From Candidatus Marinacidobacterium sp. (lineage in GTDB: Bacteria; Acidobacteriota; Vicinamibacteria; Marinacidobacterales; Marinacidobacteraceae), in assembly GCA_965220965.1 (NCBI GenBank), contig OZ244852.1, positions 640,001 through 704,000 on the forward strand: a DNA stretch of 64,000 nt. The letters are read 5' to 3'. Within the stretch, counting starts at the first letter, position 1. Every line of letters starts with the position of its first letter. Shown here piece after piece: positions 26,276 to 36,850 of the stretch. A program made the translations under genes and the position numbers. Under the pieces are notes generated by a model. It ran no database searches, was not told where the DNA came from, and worked only from the letters and a program-made list of their open reading frames with translations.

Positions 26276-27958
26276 TCAGCGGGTCAGCCGCTCGCCGGTC
26301 ATCGAGAGCGGACCCCGGTTCGGACCGGTGAAGTCGGGACGGACTTCGGAGTCCGCCAGATCCCAGGCCAACTGGTAGACCAGGCGCACGATCCGCTCCA
26401 GCTTTTCGTACTCGATCTTTTCCGGGGTGTCGTAGATCGTGTGGTAATCGGGGTGGAGCCCGGTGTGGAAGAACAGCGCCGGAACGCCGCTCTGGAGGAA
26501 GGGCCACTGGTCGCTTCGGCGCAGCAGGTTCGAGGAGTTGTTGTCGTAGCGCATCCGCAGGTCGAGTTCGGACTCGCGGTTCGCCGCGCGGACCATGTCG
26601 GTCAGGGTCCGGCTGTAGCTGTACCCAAGGATGTTGACGGCGTTCCGGTTCGACTCGGCCGTCTGGGGCTCCAGACCCCCGAACCGGCGGCCGCCTCCCC
26701 GGCGCACCTCCTCGCTCCTCCCGATCATGTCCATGTTGAGCACGGCCACCGTGTCGGCGAGCGGATGGAGCGGGTCCTCGGTATACGCCCAGGCGCCGAT
26801 CAGACCCCGCTCCTCGGAGTTCCAGGCCGCCAGCAGGATGCTCCGCCGGGGCCGTTGTCCGGCGGCGGCGGCGCGTCCGAGCGCCTCGGCGATCCCGATC
26901 AGCGCGACCGTGCCCGAGGCGTCATCGTCGGCGCCCGGAAACACCAGGTCCCCGTCGGCGCCGTTGTGGTCGTAATGGGCGGTGAGCAGGATCCACTCGT
27001 CCGGGGTTTCGGCGCCGCGCAGGAGGCCGACCACGTTCCGGTCGGGGACGCTCGTCCGGACCACGGATGTCGCGAGCCGCACCCGCCGCCCCAGGGGGAC
27101 CGCTTCGTCCATGCCGCCGTCGGCGAGCCGCCCCAGTTCCGTCAGGCTGCGACCTCCCGGGCGGAGGAGCCCGGAAGCGGTCCGGGGCGAGATCACCGCC
27201 GCCGGGATCGTCACCCTCTCCACCCACGAGGCGAGTTGATACCGCGGGATCCTCCGGGGCGCGTCGGGCCAGGCGCCGCGCGCCGCCGCGGAGAAGTCGA
27301 ACGGGCCGGGGTGCTGGTGGACGTCCCGCACGAACAGGATGCCCGAGGCGCCGGCGCGGGCCGCCGCCAGCGCCTTCCGCAGCGCCCGGGAGGGCTCCGA
27401 GCTGACGACGCCGTCGAACCGGCTCCCCGGGTCGTTTTCTCCCGGTTCGTGGTCCAGAACGAGGGCGATCTTCCCGGCGACGTCGACGCCTTCCCAGTCG
27501 TTCCAGCCGTAGTCCGGGGCGTCCATCCCGAACCCGACGAACGCGACCTCGCCTTCCGCGGTGGCCGAGGGCGAAAACGCCTGCGGATAGAAGTCCTCGC
27601 CCACCTGCGCCGTCCGGGTGACCTCGCCGAGGAGATCCAGCCGGTTGGGCTCCGAGAGCGCGGCGCGCACGAGCCGATATCCGTGGAAATAGCTCCCGCC
27701 GGGCGGCGCGAGGCCGGCGCGGGCGAACCGGGAGGCGATGAACTCCGCCGCGAGCCGGTTTTCGGGCGTGTCGGTGAGGCGCCCCCGCATGTTGTCCGAG
27801 GCCAGGAAGAACAGGTCGGCCCGCAGATCGGCCGCGGTGATGGACTCCGCCGCTGGGGCCGGCGACTGGGTTCCGGACTGGGCGAAGGCCGCTCCGGCGC
27901 CGAGCACGCCGAGAAGAACCGCTCCCCCCAGCCAGCGGTGTGACGACCGTCTGTCCAT
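26276..27958 (-). CDS. M28 family aminopeptidase with PA domain, secreted
   Basis: 'LASDNMRGR', 'AHYDH', 'GADDDASG', 'EERGL.G', 'NMDMIG', 'RSD', 'YH...D'. Confidence 0.92.
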   Translation of the reverse strand: MDRRSSHRWLGGAVLLGVLGAGAAFAQSGTQSPAPAAESITAADLRADLFFLASDNMRGRLTDTPENRLAAEFIASRFARAGLAPPGGSYFHGYRLVRAALSEPNRLDLLGEVTRTAQVGEDFYPQAFSPSATAEGEVAFVGFGMDAPDYGWNDWEGVDVAGKIALVLDHEPGENDPGSRFDGVVSSEPSRALRKALAAARAGASGILFVRDVHQHPGPFDFSAAARGAWPDAPRRIPRYQLASWVERVTIPAAVISPRTASGLLRPGGRSLTELGRLADGGMDEAVPLGRRVRLATSVVRTSVPDRNVVGLLRGAETPDEWILLTAHYDHNGADGDLVFPGADDDASGTVALIGIAEALGRAAAAGQRPRRSILLAAWNSEERGLIGAWAYTEDPLHPLADTVAVLNMDMIGRSEEVRRGGGRRFGGLEPQTAESNRNAVNILGYSYSRTLTDMVRAANRESELDLRMRYDNNSSNLLRRSDQWPFLQSGVPALFFHTGLHPDYHTIYDTPEKIEYEKLERIVRLVYQLAWDLADSEVRPDFTGPNRGPLSMTGERLTR

Positions 27959-28066
27959 GAGCTTCCGATCTCCTTCGGCGCGAATCAGTTATACCAGCCG
28001 CGCGGCTCGCCGGTCCCACCGCCGCGGGGGGTTCGGGAGGGTCCCCGGCGGATACGATAGGTCGCC

Positions 28067-30247
28067 ATGCCGCTCCTCGCGTCCCTCCTTCTGTTTGTCC
28101 TTTCCGTCCTCCTCGCCGTCCCGGCGGTCGCGCAGGACGCCGATCCGCCGCGCGGCTTCCTGCCCGGCCAGTGGGAGGAACAGCGCGCGATCGAGGAGCG
28201 GTTCCGGGCGGTTCCGGACCCGGCCCGGCTGCGCGAGTACATGGAGTACATGGCGGGCGAGCCCCACATCGCCGGCTTCGGGGGCGGCAGCCTCCGGGTG
28301 GCGGAATACGCCCTCGAGAAGTTCCGGTCCTTCGGGCTGGAGGCCGAGATCGAGGAGACCGAGGCGCTCATGCCGCTGCCGACCGAACGCTTCGTCGAGG
28401 TCGTCGGCCCCGAGCCCTACACACTCCGGCTCGAGGAGCTGGCCGTCGCGGAAGACCCGGACACTTCCGACGACGGGCTGCTGCCCACCTTCAACCCCTA
28501 CGCCGCCGACGGTGACGTCCGGGGCGAAGTCGTCTTTGTGAACTACGGCATCCCCGAGGATTACGAGATGCTCGCCGAACTCGGCATTTCCGTCGAGGGG
28601 AAGATCGTCCTGGCCCGTTACGGCCGGAGCTGGCGCGGGATCAAGGCCAAGCTGGCGCAGGAAAACGGCGCCGTTGGCGCGCTCATGTACTCGGATCCGG
28701 AGGAGGACGGCTACTACCAGGGCCTGACCTATCCCGAAGGGCCCTACCGTCCGGAGTGGGGCGTCCAGCGCGGCTCCATCCTGGACATGCCGGTTCACCC
28801 CGGAGATCCGCTGACGCCCGGCTGGGGGGCCACCGAGGATCGCGAGAAGCTGACCCGGGAGACGGCGCGGACCCTCGTCCGGATTCCGGTGCTCCCGATC
28901 TCCTGGGGAGACGCGCTTCCGATCCTGAAGCAGCTCCGGGGGACGCCGGCGCCGAACGACGACTGGAAGGGGGCGCTCCCGATCACCTACCACATCGGTC
29001 CGGGACCGGCCGAAGTCAGGATGCGCACCGCCTACGACTGGCGGGTGCGGCCGATCTACAACGTCGTGGCGCGGATCGAGGGCTCCCACGAGCCCGACCA
29101 GTGGATCGTCCACGGGAACCACCACGACGCGTGGTGCAACGGGGCGACGGACCCGATCAGCGGGGCGGTCCAGCTCATGGAGACCGCGCGCGGGTTCGGC
29201 GAACTCCTTCGCGCCGGGATCCGGCCGCGGCGGACGGTGATCTTCGCGCTCTGGGACGCCGAGGAATGGGGTCTGCTGGGCTCCACCGAATGGGCCGAGA
29301 CCCACCGCGAGGATCTCGGTGAGAACGGAGTCGTCTACATCAACACCGACAGCACCGGGAAGGGCTGGCTCAGCATGGCGGGCAGCCACACCCTGCAGCG
29401 GTTCCTGAACGAGGTCGCCCGGGACATCGAGGATCCCGAGCGCGGCGTCAGCGTGTTCGAGGCCGCGCGGGCGCGGCGGCTGGAGACCGCGGCGAACCCC
29501 GATCTCCGGCGCGAGATCGAGCAGAGCGACGACCTCCGGCTGGCGGCCCTCGGCTCGGGCTCCGACTACACCGTCTTCATCGACCACCTCACCATGGCCT
29601 CGCTGAACCTCGGGTTCGGCGGCGACAGTCCGGGCGGGGTCTATCACTCGAACTACGACACCTTCCACTGGTACAACGAGTTCTCGGACAGCGACTTCGT
29701 GTTCGGTCGCGCCCTGTCGCAGCTCACCGGCACCGCGATCCTGCGCCTCGCGAACGCGGCGATCCTCCCCTTCGGCTTCACCGATCTGGCGGACGCGATG
29801 CGGGACTATGTCGGAGAGATCCGCGAGACGCACGCGGCGATGGACACCTCGGAGGAGATCGACTTCGCCGCCCTGGAGGGCGCCCTCGATGCGCTCGACG
29901 AAGCCGGCGAGGGGTATGAGGGCGCCCTCGCGCGCCTCGGGGACGCTTCGGTGGAGGCGACGCTCGCCAACCCGGAGGCTTCGCGGCTGAACCGGCTCCT
30001 CTACACGACCGAGCGTCGGCTCGGCTCCGAGGAGGGGCTGCCCCAGCGGGAGTGGTTCCGCCACCAGGTCTACGCCCCCGGCTTCTACACCGGCTACGGC
30101 GTGAAGACGATCCCGGGCGTCCGCGAGGGGATCGAGGAAGAGGAGTGGGAGGCGGCGCGCTTCTATGTCCGCGTCGTGAGCGACGCCCTCGCCGCGCTCA
30201 CCGGTCAGGTGCGCGAGGCCGAGCGGATCCTGGGCGAACTCCGCTAG
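28067..30247 (+). CDS. M28B glutamate carboxypeptidase II / transferrin-receptor-like peptidase
   Basis: 'VNYG..EDY', 'VQRGS', 'NHHDAW..GA.DP.SG', 'WDAEEWGLLGSTEW', 'GSGSDY', 'YHS.YD', 'WFRH..YAPG'. Confidence 0.93.
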   Translation: MPLLASLLLFVLSVLLAVPAVAQDADPPRGFLPGQWEEQRAIEERFRAVPDPARLREYMEYMAGEPHIAGFGGGSLRVAEYALEKFRSFGLEAEIEETEALMPLPTERFVEVVGPEPYTLRLEELAVAEDPDTSDDGLLPTFNPYAADGDVRGEVVFVNYGIPEDYEMLAELGISVEGKIVLARYGRSWRGIKAKLAQENGAVGALMYSDPEEDGYYQGLTYPEGPYRPEWGVQRGSILDMPVHPGDPLTPGWGATEDREKLTRETARTLVRIPVLPISWGDALPILKQLRGTPAPNDDWKGALPITYHIGPGPAEVRMRTAYDWRVRPIYNVVARIEGSHEPDQWIVHGNHHDAWCNGATDPISGAVQLMETARGFGELLRAGIRPRRTVIFALWDAEEWGLLGSTEWAETHREDLGENGVVYINTDSTGKGWLSMAGSHTLQRFLNEVARDIEDPERGVSVFEAARARRLETAANPDLRREIEQSDDLRLAALGSGSDYTVFIDHLTMASLNLGFGGDSPGGVYHSNYDTFHWYNEFSDSDFVFGRALSQLTGTAILRLANAAILPFGFTDLADAMRDYVGEIRETHAAMDTSEEIDFAALEGALDALDEAGEGYEGALARLGDASVEATLANPEASRLNRLLYTTERRLGSEEGLPQREWFRHQVYAPGFYTGYGVKTIPGVREGIEEEEWEAARFYVRVVSDALAALTGQVREAERILGELR

Positions 30248-30301
30248 GGAACCGCCCCCGCCCGGACGCCAACTCCGCCGCGGCGCGCCTTCGCCGGGAC
30301 C

Positions 30302-31192
30302 ATGAAGGGTCTCGCATTCGCGGCGATCTACCTCATCTGGGGGTCCACCTATCTGGCGATCGGGGTGGCGGTGCGCGAGGTCCCGCCCTGGATCGTCGCC
30401 GGATCCCGGTTCCTCATCGCGGGCGCCCTGGTGTACGCCTTCGCCCGCCGGACCGCTCCGGCGCTCACCCGGCGCGAGTGGCTCGAGGCCGGGTTCGCCG
30501 GGCTGCTCTTCTTCGGCGTTTCGCACGGTCTCGGCCACTGGGCGCAGGTGCGCGTCCCCTCCGGGATTACGGCCGTCCTGATCGCGACGGTGGGGCTGTG
30601 GATGCCGGGGCTCGAGGCGCTCTTCGTGACCCGACGCCCTCCGGCGGCGATCACCGCGGGATGCGCGCTCGTCGGCTTCGCCGGGGTCGTGGTGCTGCTC
30701 GCGCCCTGGTGGCCGGGGGCGGCGCTCGACCGCTCCGGCGTTGCGGCGATCCTGCTGGCGCCAGTCGCCTGGTCCGTCGCGAGCCTCTGGTCGCGCCGCC
30801 CCACGATGCCTACCCGGCTGCTCTCCTCGGTCGGAGCCCAGATGCTGGTGGGCGGGGCCGCGCTGCTCGTCCTCGCCACCCTGACGGGGAGCTGGGCCGA
30901 TCTGGATCCGGGGGCGATTCGTCTCCGGGCGGTGGTCGCCTGGCTCCACCTGCTCATCTTCGGCTCGATCGTGGCGTTCCTCGCCTACCAGTACCTGCTG
31001 CGGCGGGTGCGGCCCGCGCTCGCCGCGACCTACGCCTTCGTCAACCCGCTGATCGCCGTTCTGCTCGGCGCGCTCGTTCTCGGCGAGGAGCTCTCGCCCC
31101 GCGTCGCCATCGCCACGGTTCTCATCGTCACGCCGGTCGCCGTCCTCCAGATCCGCGAAATCCGGCGTCCCCGCGGTCGCGCCGAGCTCTGA
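30302..31192 (+). CDS. EamA/DMT family transporter
   Basis: 'IYLIWGSTYLAI', 'GSIVAF.AY.YLL', 'TYAFVNPLIAVLLG'; about 10 TM helices. Confidence 0.92.
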   Translation: MKGLAFAAIYLIWGSTYLAIGVAVREVPPWIVAGSRFLIAGALVYAFARRTAPALTRREWLEAGFAGLLFFGVSHGLGHWAQVRVPSGITAVLIATVGLWMPGLEALFVTRRPPAAITAGCALVGFAGVVVLLAPWWPGAALDRSGVAAILLAPVAWSVASLWSRRPTMPTRLLSSVGAQMLVGGAALLVLATLTGSWADLDPGAIRLRAVVAWLHLLIFGSIVAFLAYQYLLRRVRPALAATYAFVNPLIAVLLGALVLGEELSPRVAIATVLIVTPVAVLQIREIRRPRGRAEL

Positions 31193-31243
31193 CCCGCGCG
31201 CCGCGCTGATCCGCGCGCCGAAAGCTAGGATCCGCGCCGGTTC

Positions 31244-33754
31244 GTGTTTCCGGACAGGCGTCGCGTGGGTGGCTTTCGGCGGTTCGTCGCGATTGGTTTC
31301 TTTGCAGCGGTCAGCGCCGTAGCGCCGCCGGTCGCCGGGGCCGAAGCGTTCGGGTGGCGCCAGGAGCAGCAGGCTCCGGAACCTCCCGAGTCCCCGGTAG
31401 AGATCCGCGGGCGCGTCGTGGACCGCGCCACCGGGGAACCGATCGCCGGGGCGACCGTCGGGGGCATTGGAGCGGTCGCGGTGACCGACGCCGAGGGCCG
31501 CTTCGTCCTCGAGGCGCCGTTTCGGCTGAGCGCAGTCAGCGCGTCCGCCGAGGGCTACTTCGAACTCTCGGTCGCGGTCCCGGCCGAGGGTCCGGTCGAG
31601 ATCGGGCTCGTCTCGCAGCGCATCGAGGAGACGGTGGAGGTCGTCGCCGAGAGTCCCGAGGTGGACCGACCGGCCGCCGTCCGCGTCGAGTCCCGGGAGG
31701 TTCTCGAGACCGCCGGTTCGGTGGACAACATCTTCCGGGCGCTGGGAACGCTCCCGGGAGTCGCGCAGACCACCGACTTCGGGAGCTTTCTCTCGGTGCG
31801 CGGCGGAGGCCCCGACGAGAACCTCACCCTCATGGACGGGGTCGAGATCCACAATCCCTACCGCCTGTTCGGGCTGGTGAGCGCGTTCCATCCGGAGACG
31901 GTGGATGACTTTTCGCTCTCCGCCGGCGGGTTCGGGGCGGCCTACGGGGACCGGCTCTCCTCCCTCCTGATCGTCAGGAACCGGGGGGGCAGGCGGGACT
32001 TCGGCGCCAGCTCGTCGCTCAGCATCACCGACGGCAACTTCGTCGGCGAGGGACCGATCGCCGGGCGGGGCTCCTGGCTGCTGAGCGCCCGACGGACCTA
32101 CTACGACGTGGTCGTGGGCCGCATCTTCGACCAGAACTTCCCCTCGTTCTCCGACATCCAGTTCCGGACCGACTGGGAGTGGGGGCCGGGGCACCGCCTC
32201 ACCCTGACCGGGCTCAGAAGCAGGGAGAACACCGACTTCTCGATCGAGGACGACGACGAGCCGGACGAGATGGTGGACTTCCAGGGCGACACGACGAACG
32301 ACCTGGTCTCGGCCCGCCTGGACGCCGTCATTTCCGATCAGGCCACCTCCTCGACCGTCCTGGCGTGGTACCGGAACGCGGAGCTTCTCGACTTCCTGGG
32401 TCTGTTGCGCACCGGTACGCGGGGCGCCGGCGATGCGAGCGAGGAGGAGACCGAGCCGCTGGACCGCATCGCGTTCCGCCGTGAGCTGGCGGTGCGCGAC
32501 TTCTCGCTGCGCCAGGAGTTCGGCTTCGAGATCGGGAGCCGGCACTTCCTCGGGATGGGCCTCGAGCTCCACCGCATCCGCTCCGGCCTCGACCAGACCA
32601 TCGACGGGGTCCGCAACACCACCGCCGCCGACCCGACGAGCATCCAGGGGGGCTCGGCCCTTCCCGATTTCCTGGCGTCCGAGCTCGTTGGAACCCGCGG
32701 AGGGGCCTGGATCCAGGAGACCTACCGGATGACGGACCGGTTCTCGCTGGAGCCCGGGCTCCGTCTCGAGTGGAGCACCGTGAACGGGCGGAGCACGCTG
32801 TCGCCGCGGTTCGCGGCGGGCTACGACCTGGGCGCCGGGTTCCGGCTGCGGGCCGCCGGAGGGCTCTACACCCAGAGCCCGGGCTGGGAGAAGCTGCTGG
32901 CCTCGGACAACCTCCTCGATCTGAACGCGGTGGACCGCCTGGCCTTCGAGCGGGCGGTCCACGCCGTCCTCGGGGTGGAGAAGTCGCTGGGGGCCGGCGC
33001 CCGGTTCCGCGTCGAGGCCTACTGGAAGCGCTACGAGGACCTGCTCTCCGGACGTCTGGAGACTCCCGCAGAGACCGCGTTCCGGGTCTCGCGCTACGCG
33101 TTCCCCGACGAGCTCGCCGCAGCGGTCCCCAGCGCGGCGCAGATCACGATCGATCCGGAGAACGGGGCTCGCGGCTCGGCGCGCGGACTCGATGTCTACG
33201 TCGAGCGCAACGACCCCTCGGCCCGCCTGGTGGGGTGGATTTCGTGGTCGCTGGGCCGCGCCGAGCGCGAGGTCTGGGGCGCCCGGTTCCCCTTCGACTA
33301 CGACCGGCCGCAGGCGCTCAACGTCGTCAGCGTGCTGCGGATCTCGGACCGCTGGAGCCTCGCGGGCACCGGGCGCTTCGCCAGCGGCTTCCCCTACACC
33401 CCGGCGGTGGGCGTGCGGGTGGCCGCCACCGAGGACGAGCGGGGACTCCTCGTCCCGGAGACCGACGGCCTCGGGAACCTGATCTACACGGTGGATCTCG
33501 GCGGGTTCGACAACCGGAACGCCGCCCGCCTCCCGAACTACGCCCGGCTCGACCTGCGCCTCACCTACCAGCACGGCGGACCGACCGGCCGCTGGTCGGT
33601 CTACGCCGAGGTCATCAACGCCACCGGACGGGAAAACGGCACCGCGATCGAGCAGGAAGTCGTCGCGGGTCCGGGCGGCGTTCCCACAGTCGAGGAGTAC
33701 CCGGAGTTCGGCTTCCCGCGCATCCCCACGATCGGGATCCGGTTCCGCTTCTGA
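31244..33754 (+). CDS. TonB-dependent outer-membrane receptor
   Basis: Carboxypeptidase-like N-domain 'GRVVDRATGEPIAGA', plug 'LPGV...SVRGGGPDEN..LMDG', 'GGFGA.YGDRLSS', 'LSPR', C-terminal Phe. Confidence 0.92.
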   Translation: MFPDRRRVGGFRRFVAIGFFAAVSAVAPPVAGAEAFGWRQEQQAPEPPESPVEIRGRVVDRATGEPIAGATVGGIGAVAVTDAEGRFVLEAPFRLSAVSASAEGYFELSVAVPAEGPVEIGLVSQRIEETVEVVAESPEVDRPAAVRVESREVLETAGSVDNIFRALGTLPGVAQTTDFGSFLSVRGGGPDENLTLMDGVEIHNPYRLFGLVSAFHPETVDDFSLSAGGFGAAYGDRLSSLLIVRNRGGRRDFGASSSLSITDGNFVGEGPIAGRGSWLLSARRTYYDVVVGRIFDQNFPSFSDIQFRTDWEWGPGHRLTLTGLRSRENTDFSIEDDDEPDEMVDFQGDTTNDLVSARLDAVISDQATSSTVLAWYRNAELLDFLGLLRTGTRGAGDASEEETEPLDRIAFRRELAVRDFSLRQEFGFEIGSRHFLGMGLELHRIRSGLDQTIDGVRNTTAADPTSIQGGSALPDFLASELVGTRGGAWIQETYRMTDRFSLEPGLRLEWSTVNGRSTLSPRFAAGYDLGAGFRLRAAGGLYTQSPGWEKLLASDNLLDLNAVDRLAFERAVHAVLGVEKSLGAGARFRVEAYWKRYEDLLSGRLETPAETAFRVSRYAFPDELAAAVPSAAQITIDPENGARGSARGLDVYVERNDPSARLVGWISWSLGRAEREVWGARFPFDYDRPQALNVVSVLRISDRWSLAGTGRFASGFPYTPAVGVRVAATEDERGLLVPETDGLGNLIYTVDLGGFDNRNAARLPNYARLDLRLTYQHGGPTGRWSVYAEVINATGRENGTAIEQEVVAGPGGVPTVEEYPEFGFPRIPTIGIRFRF

Positions 33755-33789
33755 GGCGCCGACCCACCGGACTGCGAAGACAGCGTGTC

Positions 33790-34095
33790 ATGCGGGAACC
33801 CATCCACCCCGGGGAGACGCTGCGGGAGGATCTCGAAGCGCTAGGGATGAGCGCCGCGGAACTGGCGCGGCGGATCGAGGTCCCGGCGAGCCGCATCACC
33901 GGGATCCTGAACGGCCGGCGGCCCGTAACGGCCGACACGGCGCTCCGGCTCGGGCGCTTCTTCGGCACCTCGGGGGAGTTCTGGCTCAACGTCCAGAAGA
34001 TCTACGAGTTGCGCCTCGCGGAGCAGGAACATGGCGCGGAGATCGCCCGACTGCCGTCGCTGGCGGTCCGCAAGCCCTCGCCGGTCGCGAGTTGA
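33790..34095 (+). CDS. higA: HigA/VapI-family HTH antitoxin
   Basis: 'PIHPGETLREDL...SAAELA...RI..ILNGRR.VTADTALRLGRFFGTS.EFWLN.Q..YEL'. Confidence 0.92.
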   Translation: MREPIHPGETLREDLEALGMSAAELARRIEVPASRITGILNGRRPVTADTALRLGRFFGTSGEFWLNVQKIYELRLAEQEHGAEIARLPSLAVRKPSPVAS

Positions 34096-34148
34096 GTCGG
34101 GCCCTTATCCCACCACCGGGATCCGGGTCCGCTGTTGAGGCGTCCTGA

Positions 34149-35477
34149 CTAGGGGCGGGGACCTCCGGTTCCGAAGCCGCGGACGCCCACCCGCCTCGGG
34201 ATGTAGTGGTCCGGGTCCACGGTCCGGTGGTAGACGATCCGCCCGTTGCTCATGACGAACATCGGCTCGTGGGTGGCGTAGATGTCCTCGACCGGGTTGC
34301 CGTCCACCGAGACGAGATCGGCTTCGAGGCCGACCGCGATCCGCCCGGTCCGGTCCTCGACGCCGTAGACCTCCGCCGAGCGGATCGTCGCGGACTGGAG
34401 CGCCTGGAGCGGGGTCATCCCCATCTCCACGAAGTGGGTCATCTCGCGGTAGACCCGGTTGTTGCTCCTCGGGGAGTACTGGGTGTCGGTCGCCGTCAGG
34501 ATCGTCACTCCCAGTTCGAGCGCCCGCCGGAACCCTTTCTCCAGGTAGTGGAGCAGGTGCGATCCGCGCTGGAAGCTGGCGGATGAGTCGTAGTCGTCGT
34601 GGGGAAGCAGGAATCCGACGACCGAGGTGTAGGTGGGGACCCACGCGGTACCGCGCTCCAGCATCATCTGAAGCCCCTCCTCGTCCACGTAGGAGCCGTG
34701 CTCGATCGTTGCGCATCCGGCGACGATGGCGTTGCGAACCACTTCCGCGCCGTGGGCGTGGCACGCCACCTTGACGCCGAGCGCATCGGCCTCCTCGACG
34801 ATCGCGGTGAGCTCGTCGACGCTGTAGACCATCATCTTGGGATCCGGCCCGTCGGGGCCGGAAGTCGTGCCGCCGGAACGGGTCTTGATCCATCGCGCGC
34901 CCCGCGAGACATCCACCTGGACGACCTCCCGGACCGCCTCCGCGCCGCGCACTTCGCGGTTCAGGTACTTGTAGAGCCGGGGATCCGCGAGCGCCGATTG
35001 GCCCAGGTTCGGGAGAACGTAGACGCCGGCGGCGAAGATCTCCGGCCCGGCGATGTAGCCCTGTTCGACCATGTCGTTCATGCGGACATCCAGAAAGCTC
35101 CCGACCGCGGCGCTCTTCATCGTGGTGACCCCCGACTCGAGGGCGCGATAGAGCCCGTCGAGGGTCCGGCCGTGCCAGTGGCCGTCGAACAGCCCCGGGA
35201 TGAGATGCCGGCCTCCCATGTCGAGGATGTGCGCCCCCTCGGGCGGCGGGCCGGTCCCGACGGACTCGATGAGGCCGTCGCGCACAACGACGACGGCGTC
35301 CTCGGTGACCTCGCCGTTTTCGACATGGACGACATGGGCGTTCACCAGCGCGACGTGCGGCTGCGGCAGAACCCCGTCCTCCCCCGGCAGGTGGGGAACG
35401 GTGGGCTGGGCCGCGCCCGGGGCCGGGAGCGCGAGGAGCAGCAGACCGACGAGCAGGAACAGGCGGGTTCGGGACAT
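34149..35477 (-). CDS. Metal-dependent amidohydrolase (imidazolonepropionase/Xaa-Pro dipeptidase-like), secreted
   Basis: 'IPGLFDGHWH', 'CHAHG', 'IEHG', 'ATDT', 'GRIAVG.EADLV..DGNP'; signal peptide. Confidence 0.9.
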   Translation of the reverse strand: MSRTRLFLLVGLLLLALPAPGAAQPTVPHLPGEDGVLPQPHVALVNAHVVHVENGEVTEDAVVVVRDGLIESVGTGPPPEGAHILDMGGRHLIPGLFDGHWHGRTLDGLYRALESGVTTMKSAAVGSFLDVRMNDMVEQGYIAGPEIFAAGVYVLPNLGQSALADPRLYKYLNREVRGAEAVREVVQVDVSRGARWIKTRSGGTTSGPDGPDPKMMVYSVDELTAIVEEADALGVKVACHAHGAEVVRNAIVAGCATIEHGSYVDEEGLQMMLERGTAWVPTYTSVVGFLLPHDDYDSSASFQRGSHLLHYLEKGFRRALELGVTILTATDTQYSPRSNNRVYREMTHFVEMGMTPLQALQSATIRSAEVYGVEDRTGRIAVGLEADLVSVDGNPVEDIYATHEPMFVMSNGRIVYHRTVDPDHYIPRRVGVRGFGTGGPRP

Positions 35478-35563
35478 GAGGCGCTCCTTCGGGCCATGCG
35501 GCCCGTTCCGATGGTACGTTGCAGAAACGCCGGAGCCCCTGCGCTCCGGGAAGGAGTCGCGAC

Positions 35564-36850
35564 GTGTTGCATCGAAGGGCCTTTCTGGCGGCCGCCGGCG
35601 GCGCGCTGACCGCGCTCCAGGCCGACGCCGCATCGCGGATCGCGGAAGCCGTCTCCGGCGTCGGCGCGACAAGCGCCCAGGAAGTCGCCAGCGACGAGGA
35701 CTTCTGGTTCCAGGTGCGGCAGGCGTTCACCATCGACCGGAACCACATCAATCTGAACTCGGGCAGCGTGAGCCCGGCGCCCACGCCGGTCCAGCGGGCG
35801 ATGCGCCAGTACTGGGAGATCACCAACATGGGGCCCTCGCTCTATGTGGACGAGCTCCTCGGACCCCGGATCGAGGTGGCCCGGCGGCGGCTCGCTGACG
35901 CGTTCGGCGCGAGCCCCGACGAGATCGCCTTCACCCGCAACGCCAGCGAGGCCATGGAGATCATCCAGTTCGGCCTTCCGCTCGAGGCCGGAGACGAGGT
36001 CCTGACCACGACGCAGGACTATCCGCGGATGCTCATGACGTTCCGCCAGCGGGAGCGCCGCGACGGGATCGTGCTCCGCACTGTCCCCTATCCGACGCCC
36101 CCCGAGGACCTCTCCGAGCTGACGCACATCCTCGAGCGCGCCATCACCCCGAGGACGAAGCTGCTGCTCATCTGCCACACCACCTTCACCACCGGCCAGA
36201 TCTTCCCGGTGGGCGAGATCTGCCGGATGGCGCGGCGTCACGGCGTCGAGACGATCGTGGACGGGGCGCACGGTTTCGCGCACTTCCCGTTCACCCGGGA
36301 TGAGCTCGACTGCGACTACTACGGAACCAGCCTCCACAAGTGGCTCTTCGCCCCGGTCGGGACCGGCTTCCTCTACGTGCGGAAGGACAAGATCCCGCGG
36401 GTCTGGCCGCTCATGAGCGCCCCCGCGAGCCAGGACGACGACATCCGCAAGTTCGAGCAGATCGGCACGAACCCGATCGCGGTGCGAGGCCCGATCACCG
36501 AGGCGCTCACCTTCCACGACGGCCTGGGGCCGGAGCGCAAGGCGGAGCGGCTCGTCTACCTTCGCCGCCGGTGGGCGGAGCGCGTCAAGGAGCTTCCCGG
36601 GGTCCAGGTCCTGAACCCGCCGGACATCCGCCAGGCGTGCGGCATCGGCGCCATGCGGATCGACGGCGTGGACTCCGGAGAGCTCACCGACTTCCTCGAG
36701 CGCAAGTACCGGATCCACGTCCGGCCCCGGTTCGTCAGGGGAGAGTTCGACTGCATCCGCGTTTCGCCGAGCGTGTTCACCACCCTCGAGGAGGTGGATC
36801 TGTTCTCGACCGGGATCGAGGACGCCGCCCGGAACGGAGTCGCGCTGTGA
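35564..36850 (+). CDS. Class V aminotransferase / cysteine desulfurase-isopenicillin N epimerase-like PLP enzyme, Tat-exported
   Basis: AAGGAG RBS, GTG start, 'HRRAFL' Tat motif; 'VDGAH', 'SLHKWL.AP.GTG', 'IRVSP'. Confidence 0.9.
   Translation: MLHRRAFLAAAGGALTALQADAASRIAEAVSGVGATSAQEVASDEDFWFQVRQAFTIDRNHINLNSGSVSPAPTPVQRAMRQYWEITNMGPSLYVDELLGPRIEVARRRLADAFGASPDEIAFTRNASEAMEIIQFGLPLEAGDEVLTTTQDYPRMLMTFRQRERRDGIVLRTVPYPTPPEDLSELTHILERAITPRTKLLLICHTTFTTGQIFPVGEICRMARRHGVETIVDGAHGFAHFPFTRDELDCDYYGTSLHKWLFAPVGTGFLYVRKDKIPRVWPLMSAPASQDDDIRKFEQIGTNPIAVRGPITEALTFHDGLGPERKAERLVYLRRRWAERVKELPGVQVLNPPDIRQACGIGAMRIDGVDSGELTDFLERKYRIHVRPRFVRGEFDCIRVSPSVFTTLEEVDLFSTGIEDAARNGVAL

Noticed and set aside
27989-33574. 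1861-aa minus-strand ORF
   Set aside because: Antisense shadow of three real plus-strand genes (28067, 30302, 31244) that share one frame; no motifs. Stop-poor antisense frames are expected at this GC content.
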